A stretch of 54,596 nucleotides of DNA. Origin: Chitinophagales bacterium (GTDB taxonomy: Bacteria; Bacteroidota; Bacteroidia; Chitinophagales; JADIYW01). Made by a program: the position numbers and the translations under genes. The DNA lies in assembly GCA_044357355.1 (NCBI GenBank), contig JBIKPT010000003.1, forward strand, positions 1-54,596, read 5' to 3'. Below are positions 9,826-19,033 of this stretch, one piece after another (within the stretch, counting starts at the first letter, position 1; the number at the start of each line of letters is the position of its first letter). The notes under the pieces are model-generated. The model made no database searches, was not told where the DNA came from, and saw only the letters and a program-made list of their open reading frames with translations.

Positions 9826-11058
9826 TTACATAAACTTAGCAGTCAGTACGCTGATGTCGTCACTGAAAAGCACATTGCCTTTGAATTTACTTACATAATC
9901 GTATAAGATTTTATTGAAAATTTCCGGACCTAAGCGGTAATTGATTCTGCTGAATTCCAGCAAGCGTTCATGTCCAAACTGCACTTCATCTTCATTTTCC
10001 ATTTCAGTAAGACCATCTGTAAAGGTTACTATCGTAGTATTCGGTTGGATGGTAATATTTCCAAACTCAATTTTTGGCAGTTCTTCAAAAATACCTAATA
10101 AAGTGCTGCCTTTTTCTAACAATTCTACCTGATCTTCGTGAATTAATAAAGGTGGCACATGTCCGGCATTCAGGTATTCAAGTTCACGCGTGATAATGTT
10201 GTATTTAGCAATAAAAAGCGTAATGAAATTTTCACCGTTGGTAATGGAATAAATTTTCTGATTTAGTTTTTCTATTAATTTTTCTTTGGCAAAGCCCAAA
10301 CCTAACGTTGCGTTCAAATATGCCTGCAGGTTTGCCATCACCAAAGCCGCCGCCACACCTTTTCCGGAAATATCACCTATGCAAAATACAAATTCATCTT
10401 TATTGATATGAATGACATCGTAGTAATCACCGCCAATTCCTTTAAACGGCAAATATAAACCTGCAAATTCGTACATATTGTTTTTGGGCAGCTTTTTAGG
10501 GATAAGCATACCTTGCACTTTAGAAGCCAGATCCAGTTCTTTGTCAAATTGCTTCTTCTCCACTTCTTTTCGAAACAGTCGTTTATTTTCTACGGCAACC
10601 GTAATAATATTGGTGAATATCTGTGTAAATTCTAACAGTTCATTTTTCTGATGAGAGATATCTTCATCCATGTTGCCCAATAAAGCTAAGGCTAAGGGCT
10701 GCTGTTTATGGTAAACCGGCACTATAAATTTAAAGCCGCCAAAAATGACCTGCTCTTCAGCAGATAATTCTTTTGCTGTTTTATACTTTTCAAAATGAGA
10801 TTGAATCGGAATATAAAAATCCTGTTCCTGTTTTTCCCAAACCACACGTTTCCATGCCTGGTCATACATAAACAAGGCAATTTCTTTTACACGGATTTGT
10901 TCGTGTAAGGTAAACTTGTAAATCTGATACAATCCTTCTGAAGATACATTGTCGTTGATGGCTTTCGTGGCTTCAAGCAACGCATTCAACTGACTGTATT
11001 TCACCTGCAGTAGTACTTTTAGGACAGTTATTTCTGAATCGGTTTCCGGCAAATCCAT
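9826..11058 (-). CDS. PP2C-family (SpoIIE/RsbU-like) phosphatase with N-terminal GAF-like region
   Basis: IGGDYYD, IGDISGKGVAAAL, NAGHVPP, FTDGLTE, DDIS; the track start TTG 11166 lies inside a TAGTTTTG promoter box, so ATG 11088 or 11058 is preferred. Confidence 0.85.
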   Translation of the reverse strand: MDLPETDSEITVLKVLLQVKYSQLNALLEATKAINDNVSSEGLYQIYKFTLHEQIRVKEIALFMYDQAWKRVVWEKQEQDFYIPIQSHFEKYKTAKELSAEEQVIFGGFKFIVPVYHKQQPLALALLGNMDEDISHQKNELLEFTQIFTNIITVAVENKRLFRKEVEKKQFDKELDLASKVQGMLIPKKLPKNNMYEFAGLYLPFKGIGGDYYDVIHINKDEFVFCIGDISGKGVAAALVMANLQAYLNATLGLGFAKEKLIEKLNQKIYSITNGENFITLFIAKYNIITRELEYLNAGHVPPLLIHEDQVELLEKGSTLLGIFEELPKIEFGNITIQPNTTIVTFTDGLTEMENEDEVQFGHERLLEFSRINYRLGPEIFNKILYDYVSKFKGNVLFSDDISVLTAKFM

Positions 11059-11186
11059 TAAAAATAAATCTACGGAAATAAATTTCATTTTCCTATTAAG
11101 GAAATAAATAATTTGTGTGAAAAGAAAATTATTACGATTTATAGTGATGCCTCGACAAGTCAGCAAAACTAAAATAATGAATTATT

Positions 11187-11330
11187 AACCACATAGAATC
11201 ATAGAATTATTTTGATTTAAAAGATTTGTATAGGAATTAAAATTCCAACATAGCAGTATCTATGTAAAGCATTGCTTCTATGAATCCTATTTTATCATAG
11301 CATCTTTTGAAACTATGTTTCTATGTGGTT
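11187..11330. repeat. 144-bp MITE/REP-like element with 18-bp terminal inverted repeats
   Basis: AACCACATAGAATCATAG (11187-11204) vs CTATGTTTCTATGTGGTT (11313-11330), 17/18 complementary; internal hairpins. Confidence 0.7.
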
Positions 11331-11339
11331 TAAATTTTA

Positions 11340-11768
11340 TTATTTTGCAATAACTTCTAATAATTGTTTGGTAGAATTTTTGGTGTCAACTTTTTCAATT
11401 ACTTTTTCAATAACACTTTTGCCGTTAATGACGAAAGTAGTGCGCAGAATGCCTTCATATTCTTTGCCCATAAATTTTTTCTTGCCCCAAACTTCGTAAG
11501 CCTGCGCAATGGTTTTATCGGTGTCCGGAATTAATTCGAAAGGCAAATCGTATTTTGTTTTAAACTTATTGTGCGATTTTTCATCTTGCGGCGAAACACC
11601 GATGATGGTAAATCCTTTTTTGGTGAGCGTTGCGTAGTTATCTCTGAAGTCGCAGGCATTGGCGGTGCAGCCCGGTGTATCATCTTTCGGATAAAAATAA
11701 AGAACGGTGGTTTTGTCTTTAAAATCGACGCCTTTGATTTTTGGTGCTTTGGTTCCTTCGGTTAGCAT
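11340..11768 (-). CDS. bcp: Thioredoxin-dependent thiol peroxidase (Bcp/PrxQ)
   Basis: LYFYPKDDTPGCTANACDFRD, GVSPQ, RTTFVI. Confidence 0.95.
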   Translation of the reverse strand: MLTEGTKAPKIKGVDFKDKTTVLYFYPKDDTPGCTANACDFRDNYATLTKKGFTIIGVSPQDEKSHNKFKTKYDLPFELIPDTDKTIAQAYEVWGKKKFMGKEYEGILRTTFVINGKSVIEKVIEKVDTKNSTKQLLEVIAK

Positions 11769-11795
11769 AATGGTAGAATTAATGAATTATAGAAT

Positions 11796-13529
11796 TTAAT
11801 AGCTGAATTTTTGTTGAACAGTTGTTTTATTTCCAACTTTATCAGTAACAATGATTTTTAGAAGATGTTCACCTTTGCTGCAATACTCGTCAAATTTGTA
11901 TTCTATCACGTCATTTTTAGCATCGTAATAAAAATTGACCCATTGGTTATCGATGTAACCATTGTAGCTGTCAATGCCAGATAGATTGTCTGTAATACCG
12001 ATATTTAAGATTTCAGTTCCGATAGCTATCGGAATCTGATTTAAGATTTTTATTTCAGGTTTTGTAGTATCGTATTTTAAATAAAAAGAACCAAGCTCTT
12101 TAGTTTCAGCAAAAAATTTAGTTTTATCAAATGTAGTTTTCAATGCCCTTTCTTTTCCTTTTTGATCTTGCCTTACAATAACAACTTTGTTTCTGTTTTT
12201 TTTGATGGTAGATTTGAATTCTATTTTTGCAGGTTTGTGAAGAGGAATATAAATTGAAAATGCATTAACATCAAATTTTATTGTCGGTTGTTGTTCTATT
12301 AATTCAATATTTAAATAAACGTTTTCATAAAATGTATTTGGTGCAATTTTAAATTTAAAATCATTATTAATTATAGAATCTGATTTTAATGTCTTAATTT
12401 CTTTTGTAGTTAATTTAGAAAAGTCAACCAAAACAGAATCAAATATAGTTCCATGATTATCTTTTACTATTCTTAAAATAATATCAGTAGCATTGCTATT
12501 ATAATCATATGTTATGATATTAAAAATATTTAATCCTTTATCTAATGTATAATATCCATCACCATTAGAATAATAAGATAGCTTGTTATTTGGTAATTGA
12601 TAACAATTATAAAAATATCCATTATCAATCATCATTTCATGGTAATCTACAAAAGCATTACACATTCTGGTTCTGTCAAAATCTATTTCAGTTAAATCGT
12701 ATTTGAAAACAAGATTATTATTTTGAAAAACTTCTATTTTTTTAATGCCATTTTTATTTTCCGAATTATCTTGTTTGTCAAAACCTTCTAAAGAAAATGA
12801 AATTATGGAATCGTTTGAAAGAAATATGGTATCTGAATTAACAAAATAAATTCCTTCTTTTTTAAGATTATAAACAAATGAAAATGAATTGTAATTTTTA
12901 TCATAAATACTATAAACTTTCACCTTATTAATCTGCGGCGGAATCGTATCAACATAAAAATCTCTTGGATAAAAATCCAATGGATTTAATGCGTGATCTG
13001 TTTTCGTGTTTCTGATTTCAAAATGTAAATGCGGTGCCGAACTTCCACCGGTGTTGCCGGAAAATGCAATTGTATCGTTTTGCTTCAAAGGAAAAACAGT
13101 TGGGTCTAACGTTAAATCCAGTTCTGATTTTTTAAGTGCGTAGTGTTTTGTATGAATATAGTTTTCAATGGCTCCGTTAAATCTGCTTAAATGTCCGTAT
13201 ACACTGGTAAAACCGTTTGTATGCGTAATGTAAATGGCTTTCCCATAACCATACGGCGAAACACGAATCCTGGAAATATAACCATCACCAATAGCAAATA
13301 CAGGCTCGCCTTCCACGCCATTCGTTTTTATATCGATTCCGGAATGAAAATGATCTTTACGTGGCTCGCCGAAACTTCCGGCTAAATTAAACGGCAGCTG
13401 CATCGGCTTAATAAAACCTGCGTTTCTGTATTCTTGTGAAAATAAGTACGTAGAAAAAAATACGCAAAAAGCAGTTAGAATAAATCCTGTATTTTTAGGT
13501 ATGCACACGTCTTTCAAAAATAGAAACAA
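11796..13529 (-). CDS. M23 family metallopeptidase (long Bacteroidota type)
   Basis: FGEPRKDHFHSGID (HxxxD), YGHL, SGNTGGSSAPHLHFEIR (HxH), NPL; C-terminal Ig-like ITDNLSGI...VTDKVGN; start uncertain. Confidence 0.85.
   Translation of the reverse strand: MFLFLKDVCIPKNTGFILTAFCVFFSTYLFSQEYRNAGFIKPMQLPFNLAGSFGEPRKDHFHSGIDIKTNGVEGEPVFAIGDGYISRIRVSPYGYGKAIYITHTNGFTSVYGHLSRFNGAIENYIHTKHYALKKSELDLTLDPTVFPLKQNDTIAFSGNTGGSSAPHLHFEIRNTKTDHALNPLDFYPRDFYVDTIPPQINKVKVYSIYDKNYNSFSFVYNLKKEGIYFVNSDTIFLSNDSIISFSLEGFDKQDNSENKNGIKKIEVFQNNNLVFKYDLTEIDFDRTRMCNAFVDYHEMMIDNGYFYNCYQLPNNKLSYYSNGDGYYTLDKGLNIFNIITYDYNSNATDIILRIVKDNHGTIFDSVLVDFSKLTTKEIKTLKSDSIINNDFKFKIAPNTFYENVYLNIELIEQQPTIKFDVNAFSIYIPLHKPAKIEFKSTIKKNRNKVVIVRQDQKGKERALKTTFDKTKFFAETKELGSFYLKYDTTKPEIKILNQIPIAIGTEILNIGITDNLSGIDSYNGYIDNQWVNFYYDAKNDVIEYKFDEYCSKGEHLLKIIVTDKVGNKTTVQQKFSY
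12003..12049. repeat. 18-bp perfect palindrome TTCCGATAGCTATCGGAA flanked by 11-bp direct repeats, inside CDS
   Basis: Palindrome 12017-12034; ATTTAAGATTT at 12003-12013 and 12039-12049. Confidence 0.8.
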
Positions 13530-13544
13530 ATTATCAAACTATAC

Positions 13545-13576
13545 AAAAAAAGAAGCTCCGAAAAATCGGACCTTCT
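13545..13576 (-). terminator. Intrinsic terminator downstream of the frameshifted lipoprotein gene
   Basis: Minus strand AGAAGGTCCGA-TTTT-TCGGAGCTTCT followed by a T tract. Confidence 0.7.
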
Positions 13577-13633
13577 GGTGAACTAAGTTATAGAAAATAA
13601 CTACTAAATGTTCTGAGTTGCTTTGTTAGCAGT

Positions 13634-14451
13634 TTAGTATTTAAACTGATAAAACAGCGTATCGGTAGAAAATCTGATATTTCGTTTAGTGATTTCTAAA
13701 TTATTGTTGAACGTATAGCCATAATTGTATTGCTCGTTTACATCGCCGGTAGCTGCAATTATTTCAGTGCGACGAATAAGCTTATTTTTGGAAACTTTTC
13801 CATAGTTTAAACCGAGTTTCATCATTAAGTCTAAACCACCGAGATAGATGAATTTGATTTCTTTTTTTAAAAAGCGACTGTCAAATTCCGATGCCATCAA
13901 TTGATTATCATAATCCAAAACAGCACGACCTGCAATCTGATTTCCGATTTTTAATTCATATTGAAGCAGGTTGTCATTGTCGTCATAAATAAAATTAAGG
14001 TACTCATCGTTGCCAGGCAGAATTTTTAATTGGAAATCCTGTCATTAAAATAATTTAAGTATAACCCGTTACTATCAGGTAATGTAACTGTTGTCACCTG
14101 CATTTTATCGTTGAAGCCAACATAATAGGTAACATTGCCAATCGTATCCAGATAGCTGTCTACCACTATTTTATCAGACAGATAAGTAAGCTCGATTTCT
14201 TTTAATAAATGTGCAGTGGTGCTGGTGTCATCATAGACAGTAGCACTAATTAACCTTCCATTTTCATTATAAAAAAAGTTCACAGACTCAATTACATTAT
14301 TTGGTGGCGGTGTTCGTCCGTTTACATTGTCTTCGTATACCAGATTAGATTGAATAATCTTCGGACTTTCTGCTGCAGGTTTAGAACAAGCCACCGCAAT
14401 AAGTTTACTGCAGATAAGGACCAAAACTGCATGTTTAAAGCTTCGTTGCAT
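13634..14451 (-). pseudogene. Lipoprotein gene split by a 1-bp frameshift near 14028 (pseudogene or sequence error)
   Basis: ORF 14451-14026 (lipobox AVAC) ends ...DRISN*; an overlapping frame reads LKILPGNDEYLNFIYDDNDNLLQYELK... without stops into ORF 13918-13634; one added base gives a 272-aa protein with Y-N/D-x-x-G-R/N-L repeats. Confidence 0.75.
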
Positions 14452-14565
14452 GATTAATCAATTTTATTTCTCAGCTCAGAACAAATAGTGTCATCTTTTT
14501 TTAACTTTCCGGTACAAATTTAAGGCTGTGTCATAAAAAAATTACGGTATTTTATCTTAATATGT

Positions 14566-15960
14566 ATGCAAGATTCAAAATTAATTAGTTTAATATCAAT
14601 GCTTTCAGCAGAAGAAAGACGAAAGCTGCGCAAGTGGATAAAGTCTGATTTTGTCAATAAAAATGAAGACATTATAGCTTTTTTTGAATTTATTGATACC
14701 AGAAGTTCGCTCACCGAACCTACCGTATCTAAAGAAAAGGCACATGAATATCTCTATCCTAATACACCTTATCATGATTTAAGAATCCGGCATTTGCTAT
14801 GGATGACTACGGAAATCATAGAAAATTTTATTATTTACAATAGTGTTGCACAACAGCCTTCCTTGAAAATGCAGTTGCTGTCGCAATATTATACCGAAAA
14901 TGAATTATATAAATTTGCGCATAACAGCGTGGAAGAAGGTATTGCAATGATGGAGAAAATTAAACTCAGAAATGCTTCTTATCATTTACAGCAATATCAG
15001 ATTCAGGCACTTTACTTTCAAATCAATTCAAAAAACAACAGAAGCAAAGAATTTAACCTGCAGGAAGTTATTGACCATGCTACCCTATTTTCCATTATTG
15101 AGACACTGAAATATGCCTGTATTATTCAGTCGTTACAAAAAATTTCAGAGCTGAAAGTGGAGAATTACCTGTTAGATGCCACTCTAACCTTGCTGGAAAA
15201 TCCATTCTTCTTAAATGATATAGCGGTTCGGATTTATTATAATATCTATCTGGTTATAAGAGATGAAAATGAGGCGGCATTTAATTCATTTATCAAAGAT
15301 ATTAAAGCAAATGAAGCTTATTTCACAGCACATGATTTAAAAGATTTATACTTGATGGCGATTAATTTTTGTGTTAAAAAATCCAACCAGAATTTAAAGG
15401 AATACACACAACAGGCTTTTGAGTTGTATATCTATGCCATTGACAAAGGATACTTGCTGGAGCATCGGGAAATTAGCAGATTCAGCTTTACAAATGTAGT
15501 CACTTTAGGAATCAAACTTAAAGAGTTTTCTAAAACAGAAAATTTTATAAAGCAGTATGCAAATTTCATTGCGGCAGAGTACAGACAGAATACAGTTGAT
15601 TTTAACAGCGCTAAAGTGTTTTTTTCAAAAGAACAGCCTCAGAAAGCACTAAAAATATTACTGACTAATGAGTTTAAGGATATGCTCTGGAACCTGAACG
15701 CAAAATATCTTGTTCTGAAAATCTTGTTTGAAATGAATGATTGGGTTCTTTTTGCTAATCATTTAAAGGCTTTTAAGAATTATGTCAGAAGAAAAACGAA
15801 TATTGGCTATCATCAAACGTATTTTATAAATGTTGGTATTGCGTTGACCTCTTTAATGGATATTTACAAAAAACCGGAAAATTTTAAAAGCTTTGAATTT
15901 GATGCAACCACACCGGATATTGAGTGGTTTAGAAAAGCCTTGAAAAATTTGGAGAAATAA
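14566..15960 (+). CDS. Conserved-type hypothetical all-helical (TPR-like) cytoplasmic protein
   Basis: 464-aa ORF starting MQDSKLISLISMLSAEE; resembles the ~470-aa hypothetical family I recall from Saprospirales/Chitinophagales; no TM or signal peptide. Confidence 0.75.
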   Translation: MQDSKLISLISMLSAEERRKLRKWIKSDFVNKNEDIIAFFEFIDTRSSLTEPTVSKEKAHEYLYPNTPYHDLRIRHLLWMTTEIIENFIIYNSVAQQPSLKMQLLSQYYTENELYKFAHNSVEEGIAMMEKIKLRNASYHLQQYQIQALYFQINSKNNRSKEFNLQEVIDHATLFSIIETLKYACIIQSLQKISELKVENYLLDATLTLLENPFFLNDIAVRIYYNIYLVIRDENEAAFNSFIKDIKANEAYFTAHDLKDLYLMAINFCVKKSNQNLKEYTQQAFELYIYAIDKGYLLEHREISRFSFTNVVTLGIKLKEFSKTENFIKQYANFIAAEYRQNTVDFNSAKVFFSKEQPQKALKILLTNEFKDMLWNLNAKYLVLKILFEMNDWVLFANHLKAFKNYVRRKTNIGYHQTYFINVGIALTSLMDIYKKPENFKSFEFDATTPDIEWFRKALKNLEK

Positions 15961-15993
15961 AAAAAGGTCTGTATACACTTGCATACAGACCTT
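15958..15993 (-). terminator. Intrinsic terminator between convergent genes
   Basis: 11-bp stem AAGGTCTGTAT/ATACAGACCTT with 8-nt loop and an A tract on the left (T tract on minus strand). Confidence 0.8.
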
Positions 15994-16015
15994 AAGATAT
16001 ATTGAGTTTTTTCTG

Positions 16016-16729
16016 TTAAGAGAAGTTTGGTGCCAAATCGTGTTCCGTATAGAAATTGTTAATGTACGTGATGGCTTCTTCCACATCATCCGTAACTAAA
16101 AATAAATCAAAATCATTTGCACCGATATTGTGCTGATTTTCCAGAACTTCCGTTTTCATCCATTCCAGCATTCCAGCCCAGAAGGAAGTGCCCATCAACA
16201 CAATTGGTACTCTGTCGATTTTTTTAGTTTGAACTAAAGTCATTACTTCAAATAACTCATCAAATGTGCCAAAACCACCAGGCAGGTAAACGAACCCTTG
16301 TGCATACTTTACAAATACGACTTTGCGCACAAAAAAGTAATGATGCGATATCAGTTTGTCGTTGTCGATATATGGATTGTGACCTTGCTCAAAAGGCAAT
16401 TCAATATTCAATCCAACGGATTTTCCTTCTTTGTTTTGTGCACCTAAGTTGCCTGCTTCCATGATGCCGGGACCGCCGCCTGTAATCACACCATAGCCTT
16501 CTTCAGATAAACGTTCTGCTACCTTTACTGCCAGTTGGTAATATGGATTGTACGGTTTGGTGCGCGCAGAACCGAAAATGGAAATGCACGGACCTATCTT
16601 ATCCATCTTATCATATGCATCCACAAATTCACTCATAATGCGAAACATGCTCCAGCTGTTAGAAGCATTTACTTGTGTCCAGTTTCTTTGTTTAAAAGGT
16701 CTTTTTTTCTTAAAATCATCTAATGACAT
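16016..16729 (-). CDS. LOG family protein (TIGR00730, nucleotide phosphoribohydrolase-like)
   Basis: SIFGSAR, ITGGGPGIMEA, FFVRK, PGGFGTFDE; start ATG 16729 preferred over 16759. Confidence 0.92.
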   Translation of the reverse strand: MSLDDFKKKRPFKQRNWTQVNASNSWSMFRIMSEFVDAYDKMDKIGPCISIFGSARTKPYNPYYQLAVKVAERLSEEGYGVITGGGPGIMEAGNLGAQNKEGKSVGLNIELPFEQGHNPYIDNDKLISHHYFFVRKVVFVKYAQGFVYLPGGFGTFDELFEVMTLVQTKKIDRVPIVLMGTSFWAGMLEWMKTEVLENQHNIGANDFDLFLVTDDVEEAITYINNFYTEHDLAPNFS

Positions 16730-16843
16730 ACTTTCTAATTTATTTTTTACAATGTACAATTTACGATGACAAAAAACGGCAGCGTAAAATGAAGAATTTT
16801 ATAAAAATTCGGACTTGCAAGATAATAATAAATAGTGGTTTTT

Positions 16844-18307
16844 CTATGAAGTTAACTTTTTGTTTGATTTACTGATAAGCCATAAGCCAAGGAAGGTTAA
16901 TGTGCCGTTTATTATTAATAATTCCTGTCCGAATGAATAACCGGACAACCAGGCTGCCTTGTGTTTTGATGAAACATATAAGAACATACAGATGCCTGCA
17001 CTTAGCAAACAAATAAACGGAACAAATTTGTCTTTAGGTAATTTTTTAGTCAGGATACCAAATGCAAATAAACCTAACAAAGGTCCGTAAGTAATACCGG
17101 CAATATCCATCACTAAAAATATCATAGACTGATCATTAAATAATCCAAACAATAAAACGGTAATGAACAACACAACGGCAAAACCGGCATGTATAGACAT
17201 TCTTAACTTTGTATGTTGTTCTGTATCATCTGTTTTTTTTCTTAAAAAATCAATGTAAAATGAAGTAGTCAGTGTGGTTAAAACTGAATCGGCACTGTTA
17301 AAAGTGGCTGCCGTTAAACCAATAACAAAAACTAAACCGGCAAAAGTGCCTAAATGATTAAAAGCCAAAAACGGAAATAATTCGTCGCCTCTTTCCGGAA
17401 TGGCAATTTGTTTGCTGTTGGCATAGATATATAACAAAGCACCTAATCCTAAAAACAATAGATTTACAAAAACTACGATGATGCTGAAGGCGTTGATGTT
17501 TTTCTGTGCTTCACCAAGCGATTTGCAGCTCAGGTTTTTTTGCATCATATTCTGATCTAAACCAGTCATGCAGATGGCAATAAAAGCACCACCCAAAAAT
17601 TGTTTCCAGAAATAATTTTTAGCTTTCCAGTCCCAAAAAAATACTTGCGAATATTCAGAATCTTTAATAGTGTTTATTAAACCGCTAAACGATAAATCTA
17701 ATTGAGTGCAAATGAAAACTATAGAGAAAATAACACCAAGCAGCAGAAAAGAAGATTGAAGCATATCTGTCCAAACCAACGTCTTGATTCCGCCTTTATA
17801 AGTATACACCAGCATTAAAAAGATGATAACAGCCACCGTTACAGGAAACGGTATGCCGAAACCATCAAATACGAAACGCTGCAATACTATGGATGCTAAA
17901 TATAATCTTGCGCCTGCGCCAATAATTCTGGATAAAATAAAGAAAAAAGCACCTGTTCGTTGAGACACACTGCCAATTCTGTCATGTAAATACGTATAGA
18001 TGGACGTTAGCTGCATTTTATAATATACAGGCAGTAGCACAAACGAAATGATCCAGTAGCCAATCACATAACCTAATACCATCTGGAAATAATTGAACTG
18101 TGCACCATTCACAGAGCCAGGTACGGAAATATAGGTTACTCCTGAAAGCGAATCGCCAATTAATCCAAATGCCACCACAAACCAAAGCGATTTTTTATTG
18201 CCTACAAAGTAGGATGCACTGTTGGCATTTTTTCCGGTGAAATAGGCAATGCCAACCAGCAGGCAAAAATATAAAACGATGCAAATTAAGATGATGGTTG
18301 ATGACAT
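16844..18307 (-). CDS. Sodium:solute symporter (SLC5/SSS family)
   Basis: ~13 TM; SLSGVTYISVPG, YTYKGGIKTLVWTD, GLDQNMMQKNL, SADS. Confidence 0.9.
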   Translation of the reverse strand: MSSTIILICIVLYFCLLVGIAYFTGKNANSASYFVGNKKSLWFVVAFGLIGDSLSGVTYISVPGSVNGAQFNYFQMVLGYVIGYWIISFVLLPVYYKMQLTSIYTYLHDRIGSVSQRTGAFFFILSRIIGAGARLYLASIVLQRFVFDGFGIPFPVTVAVIIFLMLVYTYKGGIKTLVWTDMLQSSFLLLGVIFSIVFICTQLDLSFSGLINTIKDSEYSQVFFWDWKAKNYFWKQFLGGAFIAICMTGLDQNMMQKNLSCKSLGEAQKNINAFSIIVVFVNLLFLGLGALLYIYANSKQIAIPERGDELFPFLAFNHLGTFAGLVFVIGLTAATFNSADSVLTTLTTSFYIDFLRKKTDDTEQHTKLRMSIHAGFAVVLFITVLLFGLFNDQSMIFLVMDIAGITYGPLLGLFAFGILTKKLPKDKFVPFICLLSAGICMFLYVSSKHKAAWLSGYSFGQELLIINGTLTFLGLWLISKSNKKLTS

Positions 18308-18412
18308 AAATTTGGTGGTTTGTGTTTAAACGGAATGAAGTTAGTAAAAAATCTAAACTTACCCATTAACTACTTATTCAGAAGTTTCGGAACTTATGGC
18401 TACCTTTATGCT

Positions 18413-19033
18413 ATGCAATTTCCATCTAAATTAATAGAAGATGCGGTAAACGCTTTTGCGACGTTGCCGGGCATTGGTAAAAAAACAGCCTTGCGACTGG
18501 TGATGCATTTATTGCAAAAGGAAGCCAATGACACCAAAAGCTTATCGGAAGCAATACTTAAAATGCGTATGGAAATAAAATTCTGTAAAACCTGTCACAA
18601 TGTTTCTGACGAAGATATTTGCAGTATTTGTTCAAATTCCTATCGCGATAAAAGCGTGGTGTGTATCGTGGAAAATTTCAGAGATATAATTGCTATTGAA
18701 AACACACGTCATTACAATGGATTGTATCATGTGCTGGAAGGTTTAATTTCGCCGATGGATGGTATTGGTCCTGAGCAGTTAAATATTCAAACGTTAGTAC
18801 AAAGAATGGAAAGCGGTGAAGTAAAGGAGATTATTATGGCATTGAATCCAACGATAGATGGTGACACCACTATTTTTTATTTATCCAAAATGCTGGCAAA
18901 ATACGAATTGAAAATTACCTCTATTGCACGTGGGATAGCCTTTGGCGGTGAACTGGAATATGTGGATGAAATAACGTTGGCGCGTAGTATTCAGTCTAGG
19001 TTGCCTTATGAAAATTACCTGAATAAGAATTGA
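18413..19033 (+). CDS. recR: Recombination mediator RecR
   Basis: LPGIGKKTALRL, C4 zinc finger (CKTCHN...CSIC), TOPRIM YHVLEGLISP, GGELEYVDE; start ATG 18413. Confidence 0.97.
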   Translation: MQFPSKLIEDAVNAFATLPGIGKKTALRLVMHLLQKEANDTKSLSEAILKMRMEIKFCKTCHNVSDEDICSICSNSYRDKSVVCIVENFRDIIAIENTRHYNGLYHVLEGLISPMDGIGPEQLNIQTLVQRMESGEVKEIIMALNPTIDGDTTIFYLSKMLAKYELKITSIARGIAFGGELEYVDEITLARSIQSRLPYENYLNKN

